From a candidate division WWE3 bacterium (GTDB taxonomy: Bacteria > Patescibacteriota > WWE3 > 2-01-FULL-39-13), in contig CALRDH010000002.1 in NCBI GenBank assembly GCA_943354835.1, forward strand, positions 42,270 to 106,269: a stretch of DNA of 64,000 nt. Reading direction: 5' to 3'. Of this stretch, positions 29,174 to 38,884 are shown one piece after another. A program made the translations under genes and the position numbers. Each line of letters begins with the position of its first letter. The stretch's first letter is position 1. The notes beneath the pieces are model-generated. The model was not told the origin of the DNA, made no database searches, and saw only the letters and a program-made list of their open reading frames with translations.

Positions 29174-29202
29174 TTGACATAAAGATATTCAGTTTATATA
29201 AT
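29174..29202 (+). promoter_or_regulatory. consensus sigma70-type promoter (TTGACA, 17 nt, TATAAT) upstream of the T4SS operon
   Basis: TTGACA at 29174-29179, a 17-nt spacer, and TATAAT at 29197-29202, 58 nt before the pilin-like gene. Confidence 0.6.
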
Positions 29203-29259
29203 TCGATCACTTTATAGTATTTCGTTATAAGTTTCCCTACCCAGAGAAAAATAAAATAT

Positions 29260-29544
29260 ATGGGCAACAATATTCCAGGATACGACAGCGCGCAACCTAT
29301 TCAGTTCGCCAACTTAGACAGTCTGCTATGGGGTGTTGTAAAAACTCTCCAGTATTTTTCACTTCCAGTTATGGCTCTTTCAATTGCAGCACTTGGCATT
29401 GCGTTAATCGCTAGTGGTGATGACACAGAGAGAAAATCCAGACTCAAAGGATGGATATTTAATATATTGATTGGTGGTCTTTTAGTCTTTGGGTCAGCCA
29501 GTATAGCAAGTATTCTTAAACAATTTGTTGGTGGCACAAACTAA
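29260..29544 (+). CDS. VirB2/TrbC pilin-like small membrane protein
   Basis: A 94-aa protein with two hydrophobic helices. It is the first gene of the VirB4 operon. Confidence 0.45.
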   Translation: MGNNIPGYDSAQPIQFANLDSLLWGVVKTLQYFSLPVMALSIAALGIALIASGDDTERKSRLKGWIFNILIGGLLVFGSASIASILKQFVGGTN

Positions 29545-29573
29545 AAAGACTAACATTCGTAATTGTTAGCTTT

Positions 29574-31316
29574 ATGAAACATTTGATACTAGTATGCACG
29601 ATCATACTCATATCGATTTTCTTAGCACCGCCTGCCTCTGCACAAGAAGATCAAGAAAACTCAGACCCTGACCCTCAAATCACTTGGACTAATGAGTTTG
29701 CTGTAGAAGACGACTCATCCAGTGTTATTTCCTTACTTAAAAACTTTGTAAATGGCTTTGATTCACTCCTTGGTGGCTTTATCTTCTATACACCAGATCC
29801 ACTGGCAGAAACTATCACGCTCAAAGACGGCTCGGCAATCCCTGGAGTCACACACTACAGAAATATTTTTTATCAGATCGCTATTCCTATACTTGCCATC
29901 ATTATTTCGTTTATCGCCATCACCAAAATAGGTTCTGACAACACCTATGAGCTCAAGTCATTTGCTGTGCGACTACTGATGGTCGTTGTGCTGTTTTTGA
30001 CTGTTCCGCATGCACTTTCCTACTCTGTGCAGTTTAATAACTTGCTTGTTACTAAAATCTCAGAAACACAGCAGTTTACTGGCTTTCTAGATGACTACTT
30101 CGAAAAATCCCAAGAAAGAATAGATGCCAATGAAAGTTCTGAAAAATTTGGTATTCCTTCTTTTGACATCGCCCTTCGTGGCGGGATTTTTAAATCACTC
30201 GGTAAGTTTATTGTGCAGGTCTTTTTATTTGCCATCACCTTTTTATTTCTCCTATGTGGGTTTTTGTATCTAGGCTTTCAATTTGTCATTCGTTTTTCAA
30301 CCCTACTGTTTTTAGGAGTGATTTACCCCATTGTGATTCCGTTTGCTCTTGCAGAAAGAACACAATCCATTGTCCAAACCTTTTTCAAAACTTGGTTCAC
30401 CTTTCTGATACAACAACCTGCCTTTGTGCTTGGTTTTGCTATCGCAACAGATATTTTCAGAAGTATTTTAGAATCTCAGGGACCAAGTGTTGGTATGTTG
30501 TTTTTCTACACTGGTTTTTTGTTTTTCCTTGGTGGAGTAAACATGTTGGTGGCTCGCATATTTGGTGATGCCTGGTCTGCTATGTCAAATAACATGATGG
30601 CCGCTGTCTCATCACGAAGCATAATGTCGCCAGTTTCTTCAAGTATTGGTGACTTCAAAAAAGGTGTGACTGGAAGCAAAAGTTTTAGTACTGCCCTGGG
30701 TAACCAGATACGCAATCGATTTTTGACCAAACAATCTACCTCAGAGTTTAACAACTTATCAAACACTGAAAACAAAAACTATACCGCAAACAATGCGGGG
30801 AGTGAGTATAAGGTGCAAACAGCTACAGAACCTCAAGCTCCGTTTTCACAAAAACTTACGCACAAAGGATTTGCCGTTCAAGCAGAAAATTCCAAACAAG
30901 GAATAGTTTCTGTTTCTGGTACTGCATACAAGCACGATGGTGCTCAGGGGTTATCTACATACTACCCAACAATGATAGAAGCCGTTCAAGACGGAGTGCC
31001 ACAAGACAAGCTTAAGCAAGTTGAGTTTGATCATGAAAAATTTATTGATCTTTCTAGTTTTAATAAACTGCATCCCAATCCGCATAACTTCAACGCCATG
31101 CAAGAGGCAAAAAAACAAGGCAAAGAGATCGACTACGCCTATATCAAGGAATCAAGTCCAGTCCACAAAGTACGGCAATTCTTGGAACTTTCAGAAAACC
31201 GCAATCAAGCATTTGGAGTCAAAGGGGTAATAGTAGAACGACACGCCAAAAAAGGCACAGATCCAGTTATCAGGCTGTATACCAAAAAATCATATGAGAA
31301 ACATACGAATATATAA
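29574..31316 (+). CDS. VirB6/TrbL/TcpH-like polytopic membrane protein with a C-terminal extension
   Basis: A signal peptide, at least 6 TM helices in the first 350 aa, and a soluble roughly 230-aa tail. It sits upstream of VirB3-like and VirB4. Confidence 0.5.
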   Translation: MKHLILVCTIILISIFLAPPASAQEDQENSDPDPQITWTNEFAVEDDSSSVISLLKNFVNGFDSLLGGFIFYTPDPLAETITLKDGSAIPGVTHYRNIFYQIAIPILAIIISFIAITKIGSDNTYELKSFAVRLLMVVVLFLTVPHALSYSVQFNNLLVTKISETQQFTGFLDDYFEKSQERIDANESSEKFGIPSFDIALRGGIFKSLGKFIVQVFLFAITFLFLLCGFLYLGFQFVIRFSTLLFLGVIYPIVIPFALAERTQSIVQTFFKTWFTFLIQQPAFVLGFAIATDIFRSILESQGPSVGMLFFYTGFLFFLGGVNMLVARIFGDAWSAMSNNMMAAVSSRSIMSPVSSSIGDFKKGVTGSKSFSTALGNQIRNRFLTKQSTSEFNNLSNTENKNYTANNAGSEYKVQTATEPQAPFSQKLTHKGFAVQAENSKQGIVSVSGTAYKHDGAQGLSTYYPTMIEAVQDGVPQDKLKQVEFDHEKFIDLSSFNKLHPNPHNFNAMQEAKKQGKEIDYAYIKESSPVHKVRQFLELSENRNQAFGVKGVIVERHAKKGTDPVIRLYTKKSYEKHTNI

Positions 31317-32103
31317 AGACGACATACGAACACATATCTTGCGGAGCCTATTTTTTACCGATACGGCTATCGTTTCTGCTGGCATTGTTTTTATATCGGT
31401 TGGCATTTACCTTATTTTTGTCTACGGCTTTCATTTTTTCGATTGGGGGTATTATCTCTCAACACTCTTTGTTGCCATCATCTTTTTTATTGCATTTGTC
31501 AGTCAGAAAATCGACAACCAACCAATTTTTAAAATTGTCCCACGAGCAACTACTTTTTCGACATCTACAAAAGAACTGCGGGTAACAAATATAGATCCGT
31601 ACTTTACTGATTTTCATATTCAAGATGATCTGATTGTCCGCAAAGACAAACTTATTCGAGTCTATGAAATCGAGCCATTCGATATTGCGCTACTCAACGA
31701 ACAAGACCGTGAGCACTTTTTTATTAGACTAAAACAGGCTATTCATGTACTACCAGCGCAAACACAGTTTATTGTGCGAAAGGTACCAGCAAAAAGTAGT
31801 GACTACTCAAAGCACTTCTTTTCTCTCTATGATGATTCGTCTTCTGATCGAGAATCACTCGTGCATGAATATATTGAGAATCTAACCAAACTTGTTGATA
31901 CCAGTTCATTTTTTATTACCAAACACTTTGCAGTACTTTCAGTAAGCTGTACAACACACAAACCACAAGCAGTTGTTGAGGGGGTAAAAAAACTAAACGA
32001 TAGTAGCTCACGACTTACTGCATCTTTGGTAGTGTGCAATATTTCTACAAAACCCGTGATTAATGAAGAGTTGAAACAATTTGTTAGGAGTATTTTACGA
32101 TGA
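31294..32103 (+). CDS. VirB3-like / small T4SS membrane component
   Basis: Two adjacent TM helices near the N-terminus. Its stop overlaps the VirB4 start. Confidence 0.35.
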   Translation: MRNIRIYKDDIRTHILRSLFFTDTAIVSAGIVFISVGIYLIFVYGFHFFDWGYYLSTLFVAIIFFIAFVSQKIDNQPIFKIVPRATTFSTSTKELRVTNIDPYFTDFHIQDDLIVRKDKLIRVYEIEPFDIALLNEQDREHFFIRLKQAIHVLPAQTQFIVRKVPAKSSDYSKHFFSLYDDSSSDRESLVHEYIENLTKLVDTSSFFITKHFAVLSVSCTTHKPQAVVEGVKKLNDSSSRLTASLVVCNISTKPVINEELKQFVRSILR

Positions 32104-34202
32104 TCAAACATTCTATAAAAACCAGCATGCGCACACTACTACAAAATATTCGGAACTTTAGTCTCACCTTTACACTAAAAGATCAAGTTGACTCTCTTAG
32201 CCACGAAAGAGATGTCTATACCGAAGAATTGATTGCTATAAAAAAAGAAACAGACCTACTTAAAACTCGAAATGAGGGTTTAAAGAAACTCGAAGAACAA
32301 GTATTGCAGTCTGCACAATCTACAACAGAAAAGGCACTCAAGGAAGAAATTAAACGACTTATGGAAGTGGTGTCATCTCAGGCTGAAACAATAGAAAAAC
32401 AGCCATTTTTAGGCCATACAGTAGCTAAGATTGCCAAGCCAACACAAGCAAAAAGCAGAACTCCACTTGGGTTTATAAAAAGCTACTTTGCCTTTAAAAA
32501 GGAGCTTAAAGCTTATGAGAAAAAAATCTTGCATGATGCAAAAGAGAAATTTCACTTAGTAGTTGAGAAACGAGATGAAACTATACACATTGATAGAGCA
32601 ACTGAAAGTTCATATAAAAGTGAATATATTGTTGAACACAGTAATTATCTTGATGTGAATGGCAAAGTTAAACGGTTATATTACCTTGCCGATATTCCAG
32701 CGTACCTCAGTCCCTATGTATTTTTCCGTCTTCTGACTTCTTCATTGCCATTTACACTCAGTATTTTTATTGAACCTGCCTCAAGTACTGAACTGCTCAA
32801 AAAGGCACGACAAAGATTGTCTGTTCTTGAAATGCAACAGAATGAAAGACTCAGATCTGGAAAAATACGAGACCAACAAATTGATAAAAATATTGATGAA
32901 GTCATGAGTTTTATAGATGAACTAGTGCACGAGGCAGAAAAAGGTATTGTCTATTCCCTCTATCTACAACTTGAAGCAGATACGCCAAAAGAACTAGAGG
33001 CACTACATAAAGAGCTTCAAAATATTGCGGGAAGCATGGATTTAACATTCAATCAATACACCTTTGGTCAAAAACAAGCGTTCAAAAACTTTTTACCATT
33101 TGCTCAAGATCATGTGCAGGAAAATAGAATTTTACAATCAACTGCAGTCTCATACTTAATGCCGTTTGTTTCAAAACATCTGAATGACCCTGACGGTATA
33201 TTTATGGGGCTGAATGCTTATAACGACTCGCTCATATTTATGGATCCGTTCACCTCAAGGAATAATAATATCAACATCTTTGGTGTATCTGGATCGGGGA
33301 AAAGTGTGACTTCAAAAGTATTGATGAACAGACTGTATATGAGAGGTGTCCAAATTTTAGCAATTGATCCAGAAGGCGAATATGTAAACCTTGCAAAATC
33401 GCTCGGTGGAGAGGTGATTCAGTTTTCCAGAGAAAATGGTATCAATCCTTTTCATATCAACAGCACCAGAGAAAACGATATTCTCGATCACATCTCGACA
33501 CTCAAAACATTCTTTAAGTTTTTTATTCCTCAAGATCACTACGATGGAGCTGTGCTTGATGAACATTTAATTACACTCTATGACTCTAGTACACCAAACT
33601 TTGAAAACTTACTAGAACTATTGGGCACACACCCTATGGCAAAAGATTTAAGCGTGTTGTCTACTGGAAGCTTGCGAGGAATATTTAATTCAAAGCGAAA
33701 ACTAGAACTAGATAATAATTTCATTGTTTTTGATCTGCATGACCTCAAAAAAGACGAGAAGCGTGAGCCTGCCATGTACCTTTTGACTTCACTTATCTGG
33801 AATCTGATCAATATACAAAATGGCAAAAAGCGCATGCTTTTTATTGATGAAGCCCACAAACTACTCGTTGATCCAGAGGTTGCAGTTTTCTATAGAGAAC
33901 TAGTCAAGCAAGCACGAAAAAGAAACACGGGAGTTGTCTCAATTACTCAGGATGTTGAGGACTTTTTACATAACGACTACGGCAAGGCGATTATCACAAA
34001 CTCTGAAACTAAGATTTTGCTAAAACAATCCTATGCTGCATTATCTGAAATAGGGACAATCTACCCTATGACTGATGAAGAAAAGCAACAACTCGGGCAT
34101 CTGGGCATTGGTGAAGTAATTCTTTTTAGAGAAGCAGAGCACCTACGACTCAATACGATTGTACTTCCATTTGAGAAACCACTTGTTTTTACCAGTGATT
34201 AA
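32100..34202 (+). CDS. virB4: VirB4/TrbE/TcpF-family type IV secretion ATPase
   Basis: Walker A IFGVSGSGKSVT, AIDPEGEY, Walker B LFIDEAHKLL, and ITQD. 700 aa. Confidence 0.85.
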   Translation: MIKHSIKTSMRTLLQNIRNFSLTFTLKDQVDSLSHERDVYTEELIAIKKETDLLKTRNEGLKKLEEQVLQSAQSTTEKALKEEIKRLMEVVSSQAETIEKQPFLGHTVAKIAKPTQAKSRTPLGFIKSYFAFKKELKAYEKKILHDAKEKFHLVVEKRDETIHIDRATESSYKSEYIVEHSNYLDVNGKVKRLYYLADIPAYLSPYVFFRLLTSSLPFTLSIFIEPASSTELLKKARQRLSVLEMQQNERLRSGKIRDQQIDKNIDEVMSFIDELVHEAEKGIVYSLYLQLEADTPKELEALHKELQNIAGSMDLTFNQYTFGQKQAFKNFLPFAQDHVQENRILQSTAVSYLMPFVSKHLNDPDGIFMGLNAYNDSLIFMDPFTSRNNNINIFGVSGSGKSVTSKVLMNRLYMRGVQILAIDPEGEYVNLAKSLGGEVIQFSRENGINPFHINSTRENDILDHISTLKTFFKFFIPQDHYDGAVLDEHLITLYDSSTPNFENLLELLGTHPMAKDLSVLSTGSLRGIFNSKRKLELDNNFIVFDLHDLKKDEKREPAMYLLTSLIWNLINIQNGKKRMLFIDEAHKLLVDPEVAVFYRELVKQARKRNTGVVSITQDVEDFLHNDYGKAIITNSETKILLKQSYAALSEIGTIYPMTDEEKQQLGHLGIGEVILFREAEHLRLNTIVLPFEKPLVFTSD

Positions 34203-34208
34203 TACAGT

Positions 34209-34976
34209 ATGAAAGCACTCGGTTACGCACATGCTTTTAAAAAGCTCAAAGAAGACCCATTCGGAGTTGCTGTTGATGCTCTGATTACTGTTGTGGTGCA
34301 TATATTTTCGCCACTTCCTATACCCGGCGCACTTGTGGCGCAGTTTAAAGTTCCTATTCTTGGATTTTTAGCGTCTCTAGCTATTTTATTCTTCTTCATG
34401 ATTATGCTTGTTGGTACAGTTTTTATGTCGCCACTGATTGTCAGCTCTGGATACTGGACAGAATTTATTTCACATTTTCAGGATCAAGAGGGAGAATATC
34501 AATCTGATTCTGGATTTACTCAAACACAAATTCCAAAACAAAGCCCACTCGGAGGATCAGGGATGAATTTTGTCACAGTAACTGCTTATTTTTTAGATCC
34601 AAGTTATTATCTGCAATTTGGAAGAAATCATACAGGTATTGATCTTGTTCCATCAGATTCTTACTATCAAAATAGCCAAGCATACAAAGACACGGGTGAA
34701 GTAGTAACCTTTGCAACAATTAATGGAAATGTCCGCTACTACATTGACCAATATGGCGGGAATACCGTTGAAATCACTAGTGATAACGGCTCAATTCAAG
34801 TACTTTACATCCATTTTAGTAGAGTTTTGGTTCAATCTGGTAAGGTAACGGCGGGCACTCCGATTGGAATTATGGGAGATACGGGTAATGCGACAGGTGA
34901 ACATGTACACTATGAAGTACGCACTAAAAATGGTAATAACTGGCAGGCGGTAAATCCGTTAAACTATATAGAGTAA
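34209..34976 (+). CDS. M23/LytM peptidoglycan endopeptidase; T4SS-associated cell-wall hydrolase
   Basis: HTGIDL, and GTPIGIMGDTGNATGEHVHYEV with the HxH zinc site. It has an N-terminal TM region. Confidence 0.8.
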   Translation: MKALGYAHAFKKLKEDPFGVAVDALITVVVHIFSPLPIPGALVAQFKVPILGFLASLAILFFFMIMLVGTVFMSPLIVSSGYWTEFISHFQDQEGEYQSDSGFTQTQIPKQSPLGGSGMNFVTVTAYFLDPSYYLQFGRNHTGIDLVPSDSYYQNSQAYKDTGEVVTFATINGNVRYYIDQYGGNTVEITSDNGSIQVLYIHFSRVLVQSGKVTAGTPIGIMGDTGNATGEHVHYEVRTKNGNNWQAVNPLNYIE

Positions 34977-34977
34977 T

Positions 34978-35781
34978 ATGAAAAAAATAGAACTTAATCC
35001 ACTAGACTCAAATCAAAGAAGATTGCCACAACTTGGAGTTGTACTCGTACTTGGTATCTTTCTTGTGGGGTATTTTTTACTTCGAAAAAGTCCTACGCCA
35101 GAACCAACAACCAAAAACTATGCTGTGTATATCGAGGATTCGATTTTACATGCATTTGACGACACTATATCTATTGCAGAATATCCTAGTAGAGTCTCGG
35201 TACACTACCCATATGCGCTTGTAATTTTACCCAAAAAACAAAGCACTCAAATCTTCAACCTCAAAAATGCATCAAAAGAAAAATCTTTTAATGAAGCATT
35301 GCTAGATTATTCCGAAGGGAAAATCCTGAAAAATACTGGTAAAACAACATTTCTTGATGAACTAGACCTGCAAGTGCTGTGTGAAAAAGGGGTTATAAAA
35401 AGTGATATAGAAGTTTTGTGTCTAACTAAAGTAAATGCAAACACGGTAGAAAACAAACTTATCTCAATAACCATTCCAGATGCTAAACAAAAAGAAATCT
35501 ATGTTTCAAAAGATATCATAACCGACTTTTCAGTTGTAAACGACAAAATATATATCGGGGAAATAAATCTTCACAACAAGCAAAACTACTTAATTATTGA
35601 TGGTACAAAAGTAGAAGTTCCAAGTGTTGTTAGTTTCATCTATGAGCTAGGAGGAGAGCCGTACTATGCAACTCTGAAAGGTGCACTTAGTCAGGAAGAG
35701 AGCTGGTATAAGATTGAAAATAACACTGCAAATAAACTCGATGGTGAGAAAATTTTCCTTAGATATGCTCTAGAGAACTAA
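34978..35781 (+). CDS. bitopic membrane protein; possibly VirB8/TcpC-like
   Basis: A single N-terminal TM helix plus a roughly 230-aa beta-rich domain. The assignment rests on position only. Confidence 0.3.
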   Translation: MKKIELNPLDSNQRRLPQLGVVLVLGIFLVGYFLLRKSPTPEPTTKNYAVYIEDSILHAFDDTISIAEYPSRVSVHYPYALVILPKKQSTQIFNLKNASKEKSFNEALLDYSEGKILKNTGKTTFLDELDLQVLCEKGVIKSDIEVLCLTKVNANTVENKLISITIPDAKQKEIYVSKDIITDFSVVNDKIYIGEINLHNKQNYLIIDGTKVEVPSVVSFIYELGGEPYYATLKGALSQEESWYKIENNTANKLDGEKIFLRYALEN

Positions 35782-35846
35782 TTTGAGAGGTTTTTTATAC
35801 AAACTATCTCTAAAGGATGTATAATTGTAGTCAGAGGTAACTCTAT

Positions 35847-36059
35847 ATGGAATCAAAAAGTCAATTTGGGAAAATTCTCAAGTCTGCACGCCTTAAGTCA
35901 AAAATGACTCAAGCACAAGTTGCAGTAAAAGCAGACATAACAACAAATTACTATGCTCGTATCGAGCGGGGTGAAGTGAGTCCTACAGTTGAAGTTATTA
36001 ACTCAGTAGTGCAAGCTTTGGGAATAGAACTAAACTTCCCTCTTAAAAAGACTAAATAA
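35847..36059 (+). CDS. XRE-family HTH transcriptional regulator
   Basis: A 70-aa ORF. QAQVAVKADITTNYYARIERGE is an HTH_3 signature. Confidence 0.75.
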   Translation: MESKSQFGKILKSARLKSKMTQAQVAVKADITTNYYARIERGEVSPTVEVINSVVQALGIELNFPLKKTK

Positions 36060-36588
36060 ATTTTGAGTAATTCAAAAAATCTATCATTGATCTTGATTCT
36101 TTTGCATCATCAATTCTTCTCATGATTTCTAGACTATTTGTTTGAGATAAAATATTTAAGCTCCCCTCCCATAAGATTTTCTTATCGATAACTGATAGTT
36201 TTCTATGGTGAAAACCATTCAATAATACAAATTTAATACCCATATCCGAATACTTTAGAATTTCATCTGTTGCCTGATAACGATAGAACTCTGTCTCGTG
36301 CTCTGACGGTTCTCTCGTAATGATCTTAATTTTGATGTTTTTATGTAATAAACGTTGAAAGACTTGTTCAAATAATTCCATTCGAAGACTTGTAATGTAG
36401 GGACTTTCAATAATCACTTCACTTGAGCAAGATTCCAAGTCTTTCAAAAATTGCTTATAAAATGTCTTTTCATTAAATAAAACTGGTGCTTTAAAGAAGC
36501 TATGTTGGTTTATCATATAGTTAGTTAATAACCTCCTTTCTCTTCGGGAATGGTAAAGATCGCGAAGGCAGGGCCTCAGGTTTATCAT
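36052..36588 (-). CDS. PLD-family (HKD) nuclease, Nuc-like
   Basis: A single HKD motif, HHRKLSVIDKKILWEGSLN. 178 aa. Confidence 0.7.
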   Translation of the reverse strand: MINLRPCLRDLYHSRRERRLLTNYMINQHSFFKAPVLFNEKTFYKQFLKDLESCSSEVIIESPYITSLRMELFEQVFQRLLHKNIKIKIITREPSEHETEFYRYQATDEILKYSDMGIKFVLLNGFHHRKLSVIDKKILWEGSLNILSQTNSLEIMRRIDDAKESRSMIDFLNYSKFI

Positions 36589-36665
36589 TTTGATCTGAAT
36601 TGATCGGGTAAAATAGCATTAGTTTCTGAATCCAGCTCAAAAGTGGTTCGAAGGAAAGTGCATTA

Positions 36666-36752
36666 GGGTCACCAAACGAGACATTATCATCTCCAAAGTG
36701 CGAAATGTATTGATATAAAGGGCTAATCTGCTGGTTCGAATAGCCTGGATAG
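36666..36752. repeat. attR-like direct repeat (copy of the tRNA-Glu 3' end plus 78 bp)
   Basis: It matches 8445-8531 with one mismatch. It flanks the island at the opposite end from the intact tRNA. Confidence 0.85.
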
Positions 36753-36754
36753 AA

Positions 36755-37930
36755 TTACGATATTTGTTTAAAAATTTTTTCAAGACTTTTCCATGACACA
36801 AGTGTATTGTTTTTTACTTTTTGGTTGTCTTCCCCACTATAAACAACATATCCTTCTGACTTGTCATCTACATTCTCTCTCCAATAATTTACTCCGTTGA
36901 AAAATTCGTTCCTAAAAGTACTCGATGACTTGATTTCAATTGGGATTGTACTATTGCCCGTGTCAATAATTAGGTCTATTTCATTCCCATGACTGTCACG
37001 AAAAAAGTAAATTGAAGCTGATTTTGATGAATTATTTATATATTTAACAAATTCACTAACCGCAAAATTTTCAAAAATATTGCCAATGGCGTAATGTGAT
37101 GACAACTCAGTGACCGAGGAGATATTTAGTAAATTGCATAGCAACCCCGAATCATAAAAATATATTTTTGCTGACTTAATAACTCTTTTACCGATATTTT
37201 TATAATATGGTTTGAGTCTAAATACAATATAACTTGCTTCAAGTATAGAAATCCAATCCTCTGCAGTATTTGGTGAGATCCCTACATCTGTTGCCAAAGA
37301 TGCAACATTTAACACCTGCCCAACTCTGCCTGATAGTAAAACTAATAAATTTCTAAATTTAGAAAGACTGCTTATGTTTTTAATTAATCTAGCATCTCTT
37401 TCGACATATGTCGCGGTATACTGGTTATAGTAGTCAGATGAAGTAACATCCCTTGTGTATAGTGCAGGATAAAATCCGAAAATAATTTGCTCAAATACAT
37501 TTCTAGTCAATAACCCATTGTTCTTGAGTTCAAGCAGACTGAATGGCAAAATTGTTTGATATGCAGCTCTTCCAGCTAATGATTGTGAGACTTGCTCTGA
37601 AATAAGCAAGTTTTGAGATCCACTGATAATTACACTCCCCATTTGATTTTCACTATCAACTAATACTTGAATATAAGAGAGTAACTCCGGTAATCTCTGA
37701 ATTTCATCAATTATTATCTTGCTTTTGTTTAACGCAAAGAATCCTTGTATATCAGCTTCAATTAGTCCTCTCGTTTGCGGGTTTTCAAGGTTGAAGTATT
37801 TGTAATTTTTAAAATGGTGTTGTAAAAATGTTGTTTTGCCAGATTGCCTTGGTCCAGTAACAGATATTACAGGAAATCCTTTTTGTAATTTCTTTATTTG
37901 ATTTTCTATTTGTCTTTGGTAGTATTCCAT
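36755..37930 (-). CDS. AAA-family ATPase with a DUF4143 C-terminal domain
   Basis: Walker A GPRQSGKTT. The C-terminal is IFENFAVSEF...EIDLII. 391 aa. Confidence 0.75.
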   Translation of the reverse strand: MEYYQRQIENQIKKLQKGFPVISVTGPRQSGKTTFLQHHFKNYKYFNLENPQTRGLIEADIQGFFALNKSKIIIDEIQRLPELLSYIQVLVDSENQMGSVIISGSQNLLISEQVSQSLAGRAAYQTILPFSLLELKNNGLLTRNVFEQIIFGFYPALYTRDVTSSDYYNQYTATYVERDARLIKNISSLSKFRNLLVLLSGRVGQVLNVASLATDVGISPNTAEDWISILEASYIVFRLKPYYKNIGKRVIKSAKIYFYDSGLLCNLLNISSVTELSSHYAIGNIFENFAVSEFVKYINNSSKSASIYFFRDSHGNEIDLIIDTGNSTIPIEIKSSSTFRNEFFNGVNYWRENVDDKSEGYVVYSGEDNQKVKNNTLVSWKSLEKIFKQIS

Positions 37931-38130
37931 GTGTTAAATCCTACACCAGTCTGTGTAACTATGCAATTCGATTGCAATATTGCACACGTAGTCCGGCTAT
38001 GGATATTAGTTTGTGTGCACATTGGTGTTTTAAAATAACTCAAAAGTTTTATGCATAAACCTTAGCTTCATCAAAGTTTTTTAAAAGTTGCAAACTAGAC
38101 ACATTATGGTCACCAATAGGTTTTCACTAA

Positions 38131-38640
38131 TTGCATAATCGTCTTTTTAATGCTATAAATTGGCTCATAGCATTTGTAGGATCTATGAAATTAAAAAAAT
38201 ATGGCTTTCGTATAGATAATATACAAACTGCACTTGTCCCCTATATTTTGTTGCTGGTACTCCTGACACCACTCCTTTTAATTTTTAAGTTTTGGGAAGA
38301 TTCTCTTCTCAGTTTATATCGATCAATGTATCCAGTTTTTTATGTATCAATCATTGGAAGCATATTACAGGAAATTGTTTTTAGAGGGTGGTTAGTGTAT
38401 AAACTAAAGGAAATATTTGATTGTCCGCTTACAGTAATATTGATCAGTGCGTCTCTATTTGCTGTAATGCACTTTTTTATTCCCTTTCAATATATTTTTG
38501 TCACAGTTTCTTTTATCATTGGAGTTGGTTTTGCAACAGTCTATTACTACAATCCCAATATTTATTTAGCCTCTTTAGTCCATATCATTATAAATCTTAT
38601 AGTGCCAATAGGATGCTACTTTAGATTTTTGAATTGTTAA
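38131..38640 (+). CDS. CPBP-family (CAAX/Abi) intramembrane metalloprotease
   Basis: EIVFRGW (the EExxxR motif) and FAVMHF. Polytopic. Confidence 0.7.
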   Translation: MHNRLFNAINWLIAFVGSMKLKKYGFRIDNIQTALVPYILLLVLLTPLLLIFKFWEDSLLSLYRSMYPVFYVSIIGSILQEIVFRGWLVYKLKEIFDCPLTVILISASLFAVMHFFIPFQYIFVTVSFIIGVGFATVYYYNPNIYLASLVHIIINLIVPIGCYFRFLNC

Positions 38641-38884
38641 ACCGATTAGTGATTTTTTCGATAGCTATTAATTTCAGTTGTGTAAAATGTGTTCTCGGCC
38701 AAATAGTCTAGTAAATTGCTAGTTCTTTCGATTGAGTCATCGTTTAGTTTAGTACAAAGTGTAGCGATGTTTAATCGATTATTTCATCGTCAGGCATTTT
38801 GCAACTCGAGTTGCACCCATCACCATACTTTTATAAAGTTGACTGTGCATAAAGTATTGACTTTTGTAAAGTCTGGCTTAAAAC

